Source: Minisyncoccota bacterium (GTDB taxonomy: Bacteria > Patescibacteriota > Minisyncoccia > Phycocordibacterales > UBA5272). From it: a stretch of 64,000 nt of DNA. Location of the stretch: assembly GCA_041651055.1 (NCBI GenBank), contig JBAZJW010000002.1, positions 90,980-154,979 on the forward strand. The letters run 5' to 3'. Of the stretch, positions 29,935 through 40,300 are shown one piece after another (the stretch's first letter is position 1; every line of letters starts with the position of its first letter). The position numbers and the translations under genes are program-made. The notes beneath the pieces are model-generated. The model saw only the letters and a program-made list of their open reading frames with translations, had not been told where the DNA came from and searched no databases.

Positions 29935-30850
29935 TTGCAGACATTTTACTAACTACAAAATTTACTACTTCTGGAGATACTTCCATCTTTGTGCCTGCGG
30001 CTTGTCTGTGACCGCCACCACCAAATTTATTAGCGATTTCTGATACATCTACATCACTTTTTTCAGTATATAGTGAAACCCTGTTTTCATCTGCGTTTAC
30101 TATTATTACATAGTCTATTTCATTGTGACTTTTCAGAAATTTGTGACCGGTTTCTGGTTGATACTGTGTTGCTAATATTACTGAATATCTGTGCCCGTTA
30201 GGATCACAAAAAACTGTAATTGGCGAATTCTTTTCTACTGTTCTGGTTATTTGTTCGTTCCTTCTTTCTCTGGTTGCTTCTATAATCTCTTTCATTTTCT
30301 CTAGATCTGCATTAATGTTGATGTACATGTGTTTTACAAAAGAGTTAAACCCGAGTACCTGCAACAAATCATTTAATCCTTCTCCCCTAAATCTGTGATG
30401 TGACGATAATTTCCACATGTCATAGGCATCAATTGCCTTTGAAAATATGTATTTGCTGTCTGACTCATTTATTTTTGCGTCATCGTTCTGAATTTTCATG
30501 CAAAAATTGTAAACAAGGGATGTTGCACACCTATTTGGATTAAAAGACGACCCAAAATCATACTTTGAAAGCCACTTCTTTGTTTTGTGGTGATCTATAA
30601 TCAATACCTGGTTTTTGTATTTGTGTGCATTTATTTGATCGCATACTTCAATAGATGGGCAAATGTCGGTAATCATAAGCAGAGTAGAATCGTCTAACTG
30701 CTCCAGGGCCTGCAATACATGCTTGTCTATCTTTTCGTATCCACACTGTTGGTATCTTGTTACGTTAAAAAATAATTTCAGCAATATCAAACACCCGGCA
30801 CCGTCTAAATCTGAGTGTGTTATTGCTATTACTTGTTTTTCGTTGTCCAT
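29927..30850 (-). CDS. DHH-DHHA1 phosphoesterase (NrnA-like nanoRNase/pAp phosphatase family)
   Basis: ITHSDLDGAGC (HxxxDxDG), LIIDHH (DHH motif), FGGGGHRQAAG (DHHA1 GGGH). Start set at ATG 30850, which has GGAGG upstream. Confidence 0.7.
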   Translation of the reverse strand: MDNEKQVIAITHSDLDGAGCLILLKLFFNVTRYQQCGYEKIDKHVLQALEQLDDSTLLMITDICPSIEVCDQINAHKYKNQVLIIDHHKTKKWLSKYDFGSSFNPNRCATSLVYNFCMKIQNDDAKINESDSKYIFSKAIDAYDMWKLSSHHRFRGEGLNDLLQVLGFNSFVKHMYININADLEKMKEIIEATRERRNEQITRTVEKNSPITVFCDPNGHRYSVILATQYQPETGHKFLKSHNEIDYVIIVNADENRVSLYTEKSDVDVSEIANKFGGGGHRQAAGTKMEVSPEVVNFVVSKMSAIK

Positions 30851-30929
30851 GTGTTCCTCCATTACCTTGCCAGAAGTGGTACCGTATAGGACACGGTAGT
30901 CAACACAAGAATTTATTTTGGAGAGCGGC

Positions 30930-31415
30930 ATGATTGTAAAATGGTATGCAATGGCTTTTGCTGACATAGAGAATAAGGAGTGTTTGTGTGCGTGGTTGGC
31001 TGGATTGGGTGAACCACCAAAGCAGCAGCTAAAAACCTTGATTCAGGTTGCAAATGGGCTTATTCAAACGGCTAAGGCTGTATACATACTCATAAACACT
31101 GATTTTGAAGATCTGTTGAAAAAAGAGGCTTTAGAGAAGTTACTTGAAGTATATAAATTAGCCACAAAACCGCTAGAGATGCCGTTAAATTATTTGTCGG
31201 CGGTGACTGCCCCTGCGGCTGATTGTCCACCAGTAGCACAAATTGCCGCCACTATGTATGATCTGAAAAATACTTTATTGGCACCAGTAAAAGATTTGGA
31301 AGAAGAAATAGAAGCATATATTAGTTCCATAGAACAGTCACAGGCGAATTCTGAGTTTTTAGATATGTTGTCTAGTGTATTGGATGACATAAGCCAAGCT
31401 ATAAATGAGTGTTGA
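30930..31415 (+). CDS. hypothetical baseplate-region protein
   Basis: GGAGAG RBS then ATG. Confidence 0.35.
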   Translation: MIVKWYAMAFADIENKECLCAWLAGLGEPPKQQLKTLIQVANGLIQTAKAVYILINTDFEDLLKKEALEKLLEVYKLATKPLEMPLNYLSAVTAPAADCPPVAQIAATMYDLKNTLLAPVKDLEEEIEAYISSIEQSQANSEFLDMLSSVLDDISQAINEC

Positions 31416-32148
31416 CATGGTAGATTATCAATCTGACCTAAAAGTGATACTTCCGGATGGCACTCGCTTCAGAAGTTCCATAGCCCTATCCCCCTCTGGT
31501 GACATACAACTTGTTACTGGCAGGGAAAAACTGATATCACAGCTCGTGTTTGCTATACTGAATGAAAATACGTTTCCTGAAGGGGTTGCAAATTCTAAGT
31601 CTAATGCACTAGGTGATTTGAAAACCGCACTGAATGTTATATTGAGAAGATTCAAGCAAAACCAAATAGCGTATGTGCAACAGTACGCTGATTCTGATTT
31701 TTTGGGTTTTGGTATTTACAGAAAAGAGGCTGGCGCTGATACAGATTATGCTAGAATTTCTAACCAAGCAGTAACTTGGAATTTTGAAGACACAGATGTA
31801 TACAACGAAAAGGAGTATTTATACGGAATCTCCAAATTATATAAAGGTATGCTAGAATCCAAGTATGTTGATGTATTTAGAATTGCTCCTACCTCTAACA
31901 CTGAAAATGTTACTGTGTTGTCTGGTAGATATGCTGCCATTGTAAACGGCAATAAATCTGTGTCCATCTATGTTGACTACAATAAGACATTTAAAGCGTC
32001 AGAACTATTGCAAAACATAATCAGAATACAGGCCACTTTAGTAAAGACAGACCCCAGAAGGGTGTTAATTGATTTGGTAATAGAGAATTACTTAGGTGAG
32101 CAAGTGTCGCTGTCTTCATATGGCGCTGCTAATGCGTACGGTGCATAA
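31405..32148 (+). CDS. hypothetical baseplate-region protein
   Basis: 247-aa ORF. Confidence 0.35.
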   Translation: MSVDMVDYQSDLKVILPDGTRFRSSIALSPSGDIQLVTGREKLISQLVFAILNENTFPEGVANSKSNALGDLKTALNVILRRFKQNQIAYVQQYADSDFLGFGIYRKEAGADTDYARISNQAVTWNFEDTDVYNEKEYLYGISKLYKGMLESKYVDVFRIAPTSNTENVTVLSGRYAAIVNGNKSVSIYVDYNKTFKASELLQNIIRIQATLVKTDPRRVLIDLVIENYLGEQVSLSSYGAANAYGA

Positions 32149-32151
32149 ATA

Positions 32152-33570
32152 ATGGCTGCTATAAAATCAATACAAACTATGTTCGCAGAATTGAAGACCT
32201 ATTTAAGAGCCAGATCTAAGTATTTAGATTTGAGCGACAACAGCCTATTGAATGAGCTAATATTGAAGTCTTTTTCTGTCGGTGGAAAACTTATTATGGA
32301 TCAAGTAAACAAATTCAAAAATTTGCACATACTGTCCTTGACTACCGGATCTGATTTAGAAGACGAAGCTGGCAATTATTTATTGGAAAAGTTAAGCGGC
32401 AACTATGCAAAAGTGATACTGACATTATGGACCAACACCAAGCCCACGAGCAATGTAGTAATACCGATAAGTACTCAGGCAAAAACCAGTGGCACAGCGT
32501 TTGTATCACCAGTAACCTTTTCAACACTTAGCGAATTGAACGTACCTGTTAGTGCTGTAGACTCGTATTTCTCATTCGACAGAAACAGGTATGAATTCAA
32601 CGTGTTGGCGCAGTGTGATAGTATAGGCAGTGTGGGTATTGTTGGTTCGAACCTTGTAAATGAACTCATTACTTCGGTTTCTCAGATTGACAGTGTTACA
32701 AACCTGCGCGCTTCATACGGGAACAATCTAGATTCAGAGTCGGATTCTGGCTTGCAAGAGAGAATTCGTCTTGCCCGTGTGGGTAGAAACAAAAACGTGT
32801 TGAACGGCATCAAGAAAACGATGAAGGATCTTGGATTTTTTGATGCTAATGTGGTGCGTCCTGGAGACACGTATTCAGAAAAAGCTACCGGAATTGACAC
32901 TTTTGTGGTCGATACCTCCTCTGAAAAAGCTGAAGACGTGTTTGTATATGATCCATCGAATGTAAGATATTATTTTACCCACAGACCAATTTTGGAAGTA
33001 ACTTCTGTAGTGTCCGAAATAAACGGCGCACTGGTAGCATCACAGTACAGTGTTACTATAGACTCAGACTCCCCTGTGAGAAGGAGCGTTGATGCGTTAG
33101 ATTATATTGAGTTTTTGCCGCCTGTGTCGTTGGTTCCTGGATCTAGAATTACCGTCGTCTATAACTACGCCTCTGCAATAAAAAATGCACAAGATATAAT
33201 AAATTTAGATAATAGCAAAGTTTTGACCTCTAATGTGTTGGTAAAAAGAGCGTACCCTTTATATCTATATCTGAATGCACAATTGACCTTGAAGGCAAAT
33301 GCAGATGGGCCTACCACAAGAAACAAGTGTAAAAATGCATTAGCTCAGTTTATGTCTACGTACATACTTGGGCAGCCATTGCAAGAGAGTGATTTGATAG
33401 TAACCTTGCAATTGGGGTACGGAGATTATCCAATTGATACTGTAGACGCTGTTAGGATAAGTCAATTCTATTTACAAGATGAATATGGCAATAACTACCC
33501 ATCAGTAAATGGTGTAATATCTTTGAACAAAAAGCAGCATGCAGTATACGGGTCTACTTCTATAGTGTAG
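32152..33570 (+). CDS. putative baseplate wedge (J-like) protein
   Basis: Size and position only. Confidence 0.3.
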   Translation: MAAIKSIQTMFAELKTYLRARSKYLDLSDNSLLNELILKSFSVGGKLIMDQVNKFKNLHILSLTTGSDLEDEAGNYLLEKLSGNYAKVILTLWTNTKPTSNVVIPISTQAKTSGTAFVSPVTFSTLSELNVPVSAVDSYFSFDRNRYEFNVLAQCDSIGSVGIVGSNLVNELITSVSQIDSVTNLRASYGNNLDSESDSGLQERIRLARVGRNKNVLNGIKKTMKDLGFFDANVVRPGDTYSEKATGIDTFVVDTSSEKAEDVFVYDPSNVRYYFTHRPILEVTSVVSEINGALVASQYSVTIDSDSPVRRSVDALDYIEFLPPVSLVPGSRITVVYNYASAIKNAQDIINLDNSKVLTSNVLVKRAYPLYLYLNAQLTLKANADGPTTRNKCKNALAQFMSTYILGQPLQESDLIVTLQLGYGDYPIDTVDAVRISQFYLQDEYGNNYPSVNGVISLNKKQHAVYGSTSIV

Positions 33571-33576
33571 GTATAT

Positions 33577-34170
33577 ATGAATATCTGGTGGTGCTCACCT
33601 AACGGAAACAACGTCTTTGGCGTTGGAAGCAGGGAAAACCCGTTCCAAACCATCGAAAAAGCCTTGTCTGTGTTTCAAGATGGAGATCAGATTAGACTGC
33701 TACCAGGAACGTTTACTCCTACAGACAGTGTGTTGATTAGTGGTAAAAGTGGATCTATATTTGCAGATGTACCAAAAGCTAGCTTTATACAGCCGCAAAA
33801 GACACTCAATCACCGGGCTGGGATAGCTGTAATAGATGCAGAAAGGTTTACTATAGCTGGCATAGTATTGTTACAAGCTTCTGACTCTAGCGGCAATTTG
33901 ATGGGTATTTATGTTAATAATATAGAGAAATTTCTGTGTCTAACCTGCGATGTAAAGAATTTCACAGTTCCGTCTGGAGATGCTATTGGAATTTTTGCGT
34001 CTGGTGGTGGACGAGTAGAAAACTGTACAGTAAGTAACTTGAACGGCGCAGGAAACAAAACTATTGGAATTTGGACTATAGGTATAGTGCCAATAGATTG
34101 TCACACAGAGGAATCTTCCGGTGTGAATTACTTCCGTGGGATGCTGATAGAGGGGTTAAATTATCCTTGA
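33577..34170 (+). CDS. beta-helix (pectin-lyase fold) N-terminal domain protein
   Basis: ENPFQTIEKALSVFQDGDQIRLLPGTFT is a typical beta-helix cap motif. Confidence 0.4.
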   Translation: MNIWWCSPNGNNVFGVGSRENPFQTIEKALSVFQDGDQIRLLPGTFTPTDSVLISGKSGSIFADVPKASFIQPQKTLNHRAGIAVIDAERFTIAGIVLLQASDSSGNLMGIYVNNIEKFLCLTCDVKNFTVPSGDAIGIFASGGGRVENCTVSNLNGAGNKTIGIWTIGIVPIDCHTEESSGVNYFRGMLIEGLNYP

Positions 34171-34781
34171 TAACTGCTTCTTTAATACGTGGTAATGGTT
34201 ATTTGCCAGGAAATGCCTCTGTTGGTGGAGTGGTGTTCTTTAGCTTGACCGATAGCAACCCACAGAACGTGCTGTGGAATCTAGAAAGTGCACCTAATGG
34301 ATCTGTGGCCAGACTTTTTAATACGAACGGTGCAACCACCAAGTTGTTGGACATAGATAAATATGGCGTATACTTTGTAAAGGCAAAATTGTTTGTTGGT
34401 ACCCCAACAGAAAAAGAGTATTCCTATTCAGTATCGGTACCTCAAACTGTACACAACGTAATCCCCCCGGAACCGGTGTTTGAGGCAAGTGACCGGGTTA
34501 GAAACTTCAATTTTGAATTGCCCGGTGAATTTTTTGGGGAGGCACACTACTGGAATACAGAAGATGACAACGGCATTTTGTTTGGCGGGGGAGGTGCGAC
34601 CCGTGGTAGAATTGAGCATCCTATTGGCTACGATAAAGATACTGGATTTATATTTTGTTTGGGGGATGATTTGAATGAGGAGTCTGTGTTCTACAGAGAC
34701 ACACTATTTTCGATATCGCAAGTTGTAGATTTTAGCAATATTGAAACACTAGAAATAGCATTGAAGTTTAGAAAAGGATAA
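34071..34781 (+). CDS. overlapping -1 frame ORF (possible continuation of 33577..34170)
   Basis: No ATG; frame opens at 34038; 100-nt overlap with upstream gene. Confidence 0.3.
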   Translation: MDYRYSANRLSHRGIFRCELLPWDADRGVKLSLITASLIRGNGYLPGNASVGGVVFFSLTDSNPQNVLWNLESAPNGSVARLFNTNGATTKLLDIDKYGVYFVKAKLFVGTPTEKEYSYSVSVPQTVHNVIPPEPVFEASDRVRNFNFELPGEFFGEAHYWNTEDDNGILFGGGGATRGRIEHPIGYDKDTGFIFCLGDDLNEESVFYRDTLFSISQVVDFSNIETLEIALKFRKG

Positions 34782-34785
34782 TACT

Positions 34786-36915
34786 GTGTCCACCCTCCCA
34801 GCATTTTATGTAGATAACATAAAGGTCATAGAAGACCGTACGTATGTTGTGCGTGGCAATGTCGTATCTAACTGCTATGGATCAGATGCAATTGGCATAG
34901 AAATAAAGAACTGCAACACAGTTCGAGCAAAAAATAATCGCACTCACAGAATTAGATCTGTGTTGGGTAACAGCATTGGTTTGAAAATAGTTGATTGTGA
35001 AGACGTAGTGTCAGTATACCATGTATCTTCGCGGTGCAATGCTGGAGTGCATTTAGAAAACATAGAGAAACTATATTTTTATAACTATACGTCCCACGAT
35101 TGTGACATTTGCGGCACACTCGACAACCCATCAGTGGTGTCAACATTAAGAAACATCAGTCTGTCGGTGTACGACAATGTGCCTATATTTAGAAAAGGAT
35201 CTGGATTTGTGCTGTCATCAGGCAGTGTGCTTGACATTGATTACATGTACCACTACGGTATTGGTGACTTATATGTGGGCGGTTCTGTTACTGAAGGATC
35301 TAGTATAACATTAGACAAACCTATCTATGTTGATGAGGAAAACGACGATCTTACTCCGGACAATTTGTCGGTTTTGAACAATGCGGGTACGGACAACCCA
35401 CTCTATGAGGCAAATCCAGACATAGGAGGAATAGAGAGTGAGGTTGTAGACGAACAAACCACAGACCAGGATTATTATTACAAGTTACTTGATAACACAT
35501 TCTGGGACATAGGTAATCAAAGTGCGGTTGAAGTGTCGCTCATCAAAGCATTTCAAAGCAGGATTTTAGCTAATTGCGAGTTGGCTGTCAGTACAGCTAA
35601 AAGAGACTATTTTATTAAAGACGCACAATCTTTGACTGGGTTTTCTGAGATATTTCCGTGTCAGGCATACTATTTCAACAGCTCAAAATTCAAAAAACGT
35701 GTGATGGATCTGTGGTTCAACACCATAAATCCTTCTACGTTGTATTCCATGAATTGTTCAATTGGTGGGTACAACCTGTTTCCATCATACTTCAAGAGAA
35801 CTGAAGATGATATACGTTATTGGCTGCTAGGAAGCTCGGCAGTAAATATTGATAATATGCTTTCTAGTGTAGAAAATCTTAGGTATGGTATAACCATAGA
35901 CGTGCTGGGTTTGTCAACTATGTCTTCGATGGCTTCTGCAGAATGTTACAGCCATTTCAAGGAAACTGTGGCTGATGCCGGTCCGTTTGTGTGGACTATG
36001 CACAATGAACCACAACCCAGTGGCTATTTATTATTTACAGATATGTGGAACGACTTTGAAAGATGTACCCTAAATAAAATGTTCTACAACAATGATTTCA
36101 ACATAAGTCCGGAGTCTGCCGAAGATTGTTCACTTGTTACCCCATTGTTGATTACAGGAGCAAATCCCATTTCTGGATCCGTAACTCTTGGGCCTGCTCC
36201 ATCAGGCGGAGGAGATGTAGAGCTTTCTTTGTTAGACCGTATTTGGGGCGAGTCTCTGAACAGACAAGCCCATTACAGACTTGGGGATTCAGAACCATCT
36301 ATGGGTTCGTGGAATGAATTGGACAATGTTATAGGAAAAACGATATCAATCAATAACAGATACATACAATTTCGAATAAACGTGTCCGACTTGAAAAGAA
36401 AAGATGATTATGAATTTATGGGATTGTGTTTACGACCACTACAAAACAGACGTGTGTGGTCAGAACCACAAGAATATACACAAAGTTACATAGAAATAGT
36501 GCCTGGCGAGTGCTGTTTTGATAAGACCAATCCTCCTATTTTAGACGAGGGTGGTATTAGGTTCTCGGATGATGGTGTTCCGCATATTTGTGGATGGAGT
36601 TATTTTGTGCCGAAAGAAATAAGAGAGAGTGCGTCTGAACTTATTCTGATGATTTCTTCTGCTGGGTTGGGTGATTTGTATATGCAATATTCAATAATTA
36701 CTTTATTGAATACCGGTTTTATGGGTGCATCGTTGGTGTCTAATTTTATACAAAATTTCGATGGTGTTGGCTTCTTCAAAACCGTGAAAATAAATATGAG
36801 TGGCTTGTTTAATAATGCAACTACGCATATTATACTATTGCTAACTCGTGATTCTACGAACATAAACGACACACTCAACGGAAATGCTACTATGTTGCTT
36901 GGGAAAATAGAATAG
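34786..36915 (+). CDS. tail fiber/spike-like protein
   Basis: 709 aa; C-terminal ~110 aa is paralogous to the next ORF. Confidence 0.4.
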   Translation: MSTLPAFYVDNIKVIEDRTYVVRGNVVSNCYGSDAIGIEIKNCNTVRAKNNRTHRIRSVLGNSIGLKIVDCEDVVSVYHVSSRCNAGVHLENIEKLYFYNYTSHDCDICGTLDNPSVVSTLRNISLSVYDNVPIFRKGSGFVLSSGSVLDIDYMYHYGIGDLYVGGSVTEGSSITLDKPIYVDEENDDLTPDNLSVLNNAGTDNPLYEANPDIGGIESEVVDEQTTDQDYYYKLLDNTFWDIGNQSAVEVSLIKAFQSRILANCELAVSTAKRDYFIKDAQSLTGFSEIFPCQAYYFNSSKFKKRVMDLWFNTINPSTLYSMNCSIGGYNLFPSYFKRTEDDIRYWLLGSSAVNIDNMLSSVENLRYGITIDVLGLSTMSSMASAECYSHFKETVADAGPFVWTMHNEPQPSGYLLFTDMWNDFERCTLNKMFYNNDFNISPESAEDCSLVTPLLITGANPISGSVTLGPAPSGGGDVELSLLDRIWGESLNRQAHYRLGDSEPSMGSWNELDNVIGKTISINNRYIQFRINVSDLKRKDDYEFMGLCLRPLQNRRVWSEPQEYTQSYIEIVPGECCFDKTNPPILDEGGIRFSDDGVPHICGWSYFVPKEIRESASELILMISSAGLGDLYMQYSIITLLNTGFMGASLVSNFIQNFDGVGFFKTVKINMSGLFNNATTHIILLLTRDSTNINDTLNGNATMLLGKIE

Positions 36916-36924
36916 GAATAATGA

Positions 36925-37371
36925 ATGCCCGCGAAATTGGAACTTGTTCCTGGTGCTGCTGGTATGGACGGCACCAACCCCGCCACACAGGATGCACAAG
37001 ATATAATTTTTGAGGGGGACAACGCAGATCACATATGTGGTTGGGTTAAATATGTATCTCCCGAGTTGAGGCTTCTCATTAGTAAAATCCTGCGGTTGGG
37101 GTTTGGGTATGATGGTGCAGTTGGTACCGCTAGGTTTGATATTACTGTTGCCACTTTTGATGCGGAAGGTAACTTGACGGGGTTTACCGTTGTTCCGTTT
37201 TATGTGTCAATTTCGAATGTTCCTAATTACATATTTTGGGGAGTGTTTGATTTAACGAATTACATACATGACAATGATGTGGTGGTGTTCATACTAATGA
37301 ACAGAAATTCATCAAACCCAGGTGATACACTTAACGGTGATATACGATTCTTTCACGGGTACGTGGAGTAA
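36925..37371 (+). CDS. paralog of fiber C-terminal module
   Basis: DHICGW...DTLNGD...G-x-E aligns with the C-terminus of 34786..36915. Confidence 0.4.
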   Translation: MPAKLELVPGAAGMDGTNPATQDAQDIIFEGDNADHICGWVKYVSPELRLLISKILRLGFGYDGAVGTARFDITVATFDAEGNLTGFTVVPFYVSISNVPNYIFWGVFDLTNYIHDNDVVVFILMNRNSSNPGDTLNGDIRFFHGYVE

Positions 37372-37377
37372 TAAATC

Positions 37378-40300
37378 ATGAAACGTGCAGAATATTTTAA
37401 TAAGACCATACCAACCGAAGATCAGCTTAATTATACAGAAGATTCAAAAGTAAGTGCGTTGTTGGAGCGACTGCGTTCTGACTCCCAGTTGGGCGTGGTA
37501 AATGGGTTTATAGTAACAGTAAACCCAGTTGATTCAACATTGATAGATGTTGGTCCGGGTGAAGGGTACACAGGCGGGAAATACCGTCAATTAGATATAA
37601 AGGGTGAATACTCCGGAGAAAGAATATCTACCATCAATGATTCTACTTCTGGAAGTACAAATTTTTACACAGTACAAGGACAGGCACTAGCATCTTATGT
37701 GGCAGGCATAAAGAACTATGTTTCACTGGTATATGCAGAGGTTGAAGATACAGCACTAGCAGAAATCGACTATCCGTTCACACCGCACAATACAATAGTT
37801 AGAGACAGCTTTTCTGTATCAGTACTTGCAGAAACTGATTGGAACTTACTATCACTAAATGAAAAACGAAGACGTTTTCTTGTAGCTATAATAACAGCCA
37901 ATGGGGCTGGTGTGCCGTTAACAGCTTCTAGTATCCAACAAGTGGTACAACCGAAGAGCCACCCTACGCCCACGCAGCCTTCAAATGTGTCTGGTGCCAT
38001 AATTACATCATTATCACAAGAAACATTAATAGGTGCCGGTACACTAAGATATGAATCAAGTACTAAAAAGTTGTATTGGACAGCACCAGGAAGTACAGAA
38101 GGAGCAGGTGTTACAGTAACTTCTTCTGGCTCGTTTACTTTATACTCTTTCGATGTAATTTACTGGATCACTGTTGAAGTTACGTACGCCTCTCTTCCGG
38201 CCGGTGACGAAACAGACTCAATTGACATAATATCATTATATGGTAGTATTATACCGCGTTTTAGTGCAGTTGATTCAGTGCACCGTGATATGGTTGGTTC
38301 TGGTGTGCCCACACTCAGCAACCCACACGGCATGACTATTGATGATTTGCCGGGTGGTGGATTTGACCACGCGGACTTATTTCACAGAAATGGTATTTCG
38401 TATGACTCCGATCCAGCACAGTTAGAATGCATCATAAACCCAGATCCTGGTGTGGATGAAATACTGATTAATAACCTTGGAGGGTTCGACAACAGTTTCT
38501 TGGTAGATGGTCGTGTGTATGAAGTGGTGGAGGGCGTGCCTGCGGGTACGGATGCTGTGCTGTCTTTTGATACTGTACCGTCTCCGGACAGTGGAGAGTA
38601 TCTGATTTATTTAGACAGTGCTGGGTCGCTGCATAGTGTCAAAATTGGTGAAGTGTTGTGGGATGCTAATATTTATATTGTTGACATGTCCAACAAAACC
38701 CCCGGCAACGCTACTATTACGTGGAATGCTATTGGTAATGTACTTACTTATCAAGCCCCCGGTGATGGAGCACCGGGCGCTGCTGTTAGAATAACTGGAT
38801 TTGCGTCCCCTACCGATCCTCAGCTTTATAAATTATACTCTAGCGATCTTGATAATTGGGTGATAGTAGAGATGATCGGTTCTGTTGGGTTAAATAACTC
38901 AACCACATTTGATACTGATAAAAACAATACCACCAATGATAATGAAGTAATATTGAAGCTTGCGGTGGTGGGGTGGGATGCAGTAACCGAAACCCTGTCA
39001 AATGTACGTGATATCAGGAGATTTTTTACCGCAGACATTGGTTTTCAATTTGAGGAAGAACATGATTCTGATGGTTCACACACAAAAGTGCTGCAAAATA
39101 CTCTAAGATTGGTGAATACCACTAACCCCACAATACGTGCCATAGCTGAATCTGTAGTAATCTCAGCTTATGCAGATGATTCTACTGCTGTTTATGGAGC
39201 TGCGTATGACAGTTATGGTGTGTATGGTTTGGCGGGGGGATCATACGGAGTATTTGGTAGTGCTGGAGGAGCATACGGAGTATGTGGAAAAGCTAGTAGT
39301 TATGGTGTGTATGGAACCGCTAGCAATTATGGGGTCTACGGCTCAGCAAACGGAAATATACCAATAGGACACGTAATAGGCGTATACGGATCTGCAGTTA
39401 ATGTAGGTGCGCCCAATAGTGCTGTTGGTGCTGTTGGAAATGCCGCTGGTGTCAATGCAACGGGTGTGGCAGGCTACGCTGCCAATGGAACAGGTGTTTA
39501 CGGATCTGGAGATGTTTATGGTATTTACGGTACCGCTGCTGAATACGCTATTAGGGGTGTGGCTGCACAAAGCCACGCTGTGTGGGCTTCTGCTCCACAA
39601 TCAGCCATACATGCTCGCGCCGGTCAATACGCGGTATGGGGCAGTGCCAACTCGAACTCTGTTGGTAATATATACGGTGTGTTCGGGTCTGCTGTAAACG
39701 GATTAAACGCACACCTAGCAGTGGGTGTAATTGGACAGGCTGGTGGTGTTGCAGCAACTGGTGTATTTGGAAGTGCAGCACAAGGTAGGGGTGTGGTTGG
39801 CATTGGTGTTGTAGGAGTATACGGGTCAGCAAACACCAATGGAGTATACGGGAAAGCATTAGTTGAACAGGGTGTGTATGGAGAAGCGGTTACTGCAGGC
39901 GTATACGGATTTGCGAGTACCTATGGTGTATATGGAGAATCGGATGATGATTACGGTGTGTACGGTACGGCTTTAGTAAGCTACGGTGTTTTGGGCAAAG
40001 CAGCCACGGTTGGAGTAAAGGGGATAGCATCAACATATGGTGTATACGGGGAAGCAGACACCTACGGTGTCTATGGATTGGGTGGTGATAGTTATGGTGT
40101 GTATGGTCAGGCAGCAACTATTGGGGTTATGGGAAAGGCTACTGGTATTAATTCACGCGGTGTTAGGGGCGTGTGTACTGCCGCTGGTGGTTATGGCGTA
40201 GAAGGGGTAGGAGACTCTGTTGGGGTGTTCGGTGATGGTGATGCCGGTGGGTGGTTTGAAGGAGATACCTTTGGTGTAGTGATAAGCAACACAGCAAGTT

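Noticed and set aside
39343-40117. Minus-strand His/Pro/Leu-rich ORFs (85, 96, 102, 71, 75 aa) within the fiber gene
   Set aside because: They are antisense reading of the tatggtgtgtatgg coding repeat and have low-complexity composition; artefacts of the repeat, not genes.
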